Source of the DNA: Gnetum montanum
Lineage: Eukaryota; Plantae; Gnetophyta
Direction of reading: 5' to 3'
Length of the DNA stretch: 64,000 nt
Assembly: GCA_015680685.1 (NCBI GenBank)
Contig: MNCI01001559.1
Span: 508,807 to 572,806, forward strand
The notes beneath the pieces were generated by a model. The model was not told the origin of the DNA. It worked only from the letters and a program-made list of their open reading frames with translations, and made no database searches. Below are positions 1 through 64,000 of the stretch, one piece after another. Made by a program: the position numbers and the translations under genes. Numbering within the stretch: the first letter of the stretch is position 1; every line of letters begins with the position of its first letter.

Positions 1-243
1 TAATTAAAGATTATTTTTCATTGTCTCCAGGAGCAGCATTGGTTTAGGAACACATCATACACCTCACTCTGGACTAAACCATACGTGACAAAGCAAATAC
101 TAGTCCAGGTGGGAAGACAACGAACTGCAATCAACGAGTAACTATATGGATACCACAACTAGCCGTCTGCGGAGTTCGACCGGATCATGCGTGAAATGCT
201 TGTATTTGTATGGTTGAGTGTAGGGGTACCTCGCCACTCATCA
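1..243 (+). mobile_element. 3' end of an LTR related to the 883-1661 LTR
   Basis: Ends TTTGTATGGTTGAGTGTAGGGGTACCTCGCCACTCATCA, similar to the end of 883-1661 (TTTGTATGGTTGAGTGGAGGGACTACTTGTTGTTCATCA). Confidence 0.55.
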
Positions 244-1661
244 CTGAGCTCGAAGTTCTTAGGAACCATTTCATAGATTAATAAGTGGTTGTTGTGAACC
301 TGGTTAGATGAATGAATGACTCCCAAAAACTACAAAACCTAGTAAAGACATTCAATATTAAACGAAAACAATTCATAGCATGGTTTGTCAATGTCAAGAA
401 GTTGTTCTTTGCAATGCCTTGTTCATGGAACATCCTCGTAGAAACCCATATTGGTGAAGTAACATGGATTGTGTACAACCCACAAAGTAAGCAAGAGAAG
501 TTGAAAGCATTGCTGGATGCTTTTTGTCTTCCACCAGAAGTAGTCACTGTAGCAGAACAACCTTAGCCTTATTCTTAACTACCACCACCATGAGTGCTAG
601 AGCCTAATGAAGGTCCTTCAGCACCCCAAGAGCCTTCACCTCTTGGCATTATTTGATCTCCACTTCATCTTTAACAGCTAAAGGATTCCTACTATCCATT
701 TTTATAAGGGTGTCCAATTTTGTTGTCTAGGACATCCATTTTTGTAATTTCGTATAATTTGACACTCAAAGTCATTCAATTAGAGATAGTCAGTTAATAA
801 TTCCATACCTTCCCAATTTTGTAAGAAGCTTGATCGTACTTTTGTTCACTTGAGGACAAGTTTTCACTCAATCGTGGGGGTATGATGAATCATTTAATTA
901 GCTACGTTGACCTAGCCTCATCAACACATGGTTTGGTGCATTGTCTAGTCTTGCCTATATAAATGTGCATACCCATTGCATTTATGACACATTAAGTCAA
1001 TAGCCTAGTAGAAGTATTGCAGTCTTCCTAGTCCATTGTTAGAATATTTTTTAAGTGCCCACAGTAGGACCTTAAGGATGGTACAAATCCTTATTTGAGC
1101 TTCAATCTACCTAAACATTTTGATGTGATGGCAATAAAGACAAGATTCATGGAACTCTATATTAATGTTTATCTTCGTGCACTTTATCACTCATGCACTT
1201 TACATTCATGTTGTTAGTTAATTAATGAACTTAATAATAACACATAAGTATGACCAATTCAAACGTACCTATTTGGTATGCCTAGCAATAGACACTTGGT
1301 AACCTAGTAGTGTTAGAGCGAGTTTAGGATGTGACCAGAAAGTGAGCTTGGATGCTTATGTTAGGCTAGTTAGATTAAGGCATTAGATAGTTAAATAATC
1401 AAATTTCAATTAGTTATCTTTGTTTGACACTTAAATTAAATAGAATAAAATATAAAATATAAATAAAAATCATTTGCCTTGGCTTACACTTAACCATACT
1501 GAGCTTCACAAGTGAAGCCAAGAAGACAATGATCATAACTCTCACGACACTATCTTTGCCCATCGGTACACTTAGGGTGTAAGTCAACGGAATTCGATTG
1601 GATTGCTAGTGAACACTTGTGATTTGTATGGTTGAGTGGAGGGACTACTTGTTGTTCATCA
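244..1661 (+). mobile_element. 3' part of an Athila-like Gypsy element: accessory ORF tail, PPT and 3' LTR (883-1661)
   Basis: TTGAGGACAA...GTGGGGGTA PPT context precedes TGATGAA...TTCATCA termini; ORF 312-566 is homologous to the accessory ORF tail near 26680-26805. Confidence 0.65.
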
Positions 1662-2053
1662 ATCGTGTTCATACATACCTACAAAAATGGTATTTTAGAT
1701 GGTTAAATAGATAATAAGTCTATAACAAAAGGTTGCTACCTCATTGTTCTAGGGAAGTGACCCATAAAAAGATCAAAACAAAAAGGAAAAAAATATAGAG
1801 GAAAAAAGATTAAAAATGATATAAAGAAATTGTAAATATATAAGCTTTGTAAAAGGCTAGAATGATGATGTTGATCGATATTTCTCTGACCCGTTGGCAC
1901 TCAATAAAACAGTGATATGTACTTACGGTAACAATAAGACAGAGGTCGAAGGAGCTTTGCAATTTTATGTATTGTTATTATAAAAATATACTTGGAAATT
2001 TTTCAAAGCCTTGCTGCAACTTGTACGAGCGACGAATGCATAACGCCGATAGC

Positions 2054-2109
2054 CAGTTCCGGATATTTTCCCCTCATTATGCAGTTCCGGATATTTTCCC
2101 CTCATTATG
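2054..2109 (+). repeat. Perfect 28-bp tandem duplication upstream of the gene
   Basis: CAGTTCCGGATATTTTCCCCTCATTATG x2. Confidence 0.9.
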
Positions 2110-2306
2110 CAGCAAACTTCTAAAACACGAAATCAGACTCTCTATGCATCTGTTCCGTGTTTGTCCGTTCTTCCGTAGACAGGGGGAGGGGGAGGCGGAG
2201 AAAAGAGGGAGTTAATAGGCAGCAAATGCAACGCAAGAGCACAGGCAAGCAAGCAAACAGACAAAAAACTGGGAGAGCGTTGGTGAACAGACGAGTCTGA
2301 ATCATC

Positions 2307-63878
<61,572 letters not shown>

Positions 63879-64000
63879 GTAGCCATAGTGATTGTCTGCT
63901 AACTTTCACTTGATGTTTTTTGTTGTGTTTTGAAAGAAATCATGTAAATATGTATATATAACCTCAAGATTTGAAATACCGAGGATTTTGTGTGAGCTAG

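Overview
Land-plant genomic DNA. A single + strand gene spans almost the whole window: a JMJ17/KDM5(JARID1)-type H3K4 demethylase (JmjN-ARID-PHD-JmjC-zf-C5HC2-PLU-1-like). I can splice 23 GT-AG exons (2307-63878, 1412 codons, all in phase), and the gene continues past the right edge. Six large introns (5.9-14.5 kb, about 54 kb in total) are filled with decayed transposons: an Athila-like Ty3/Gypsy element with a nested solo LTR, a Copia 3' fragment, RTE fragments, tRNA-derived SINEs and solo LTRs. The main observation is a family of L1-clade LINEs, with at least six diverged segments in five of the six large introns and three copies bounded by target-site duplications. Their ORF2 frame does not end after the zf-RVT zinc finger and shows no RNase H. 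It continues for about 500 aa through an unusual conserved domain and a coiled coil into a terminal DnaJ/Hsp40-like J-domain (CPYEVM...FHPDK...FKEFQEA consensus). This suggests a retrotransposon carrying its own Hsp70 co-chaperone module. All translations were done by eye, and no database search was run.
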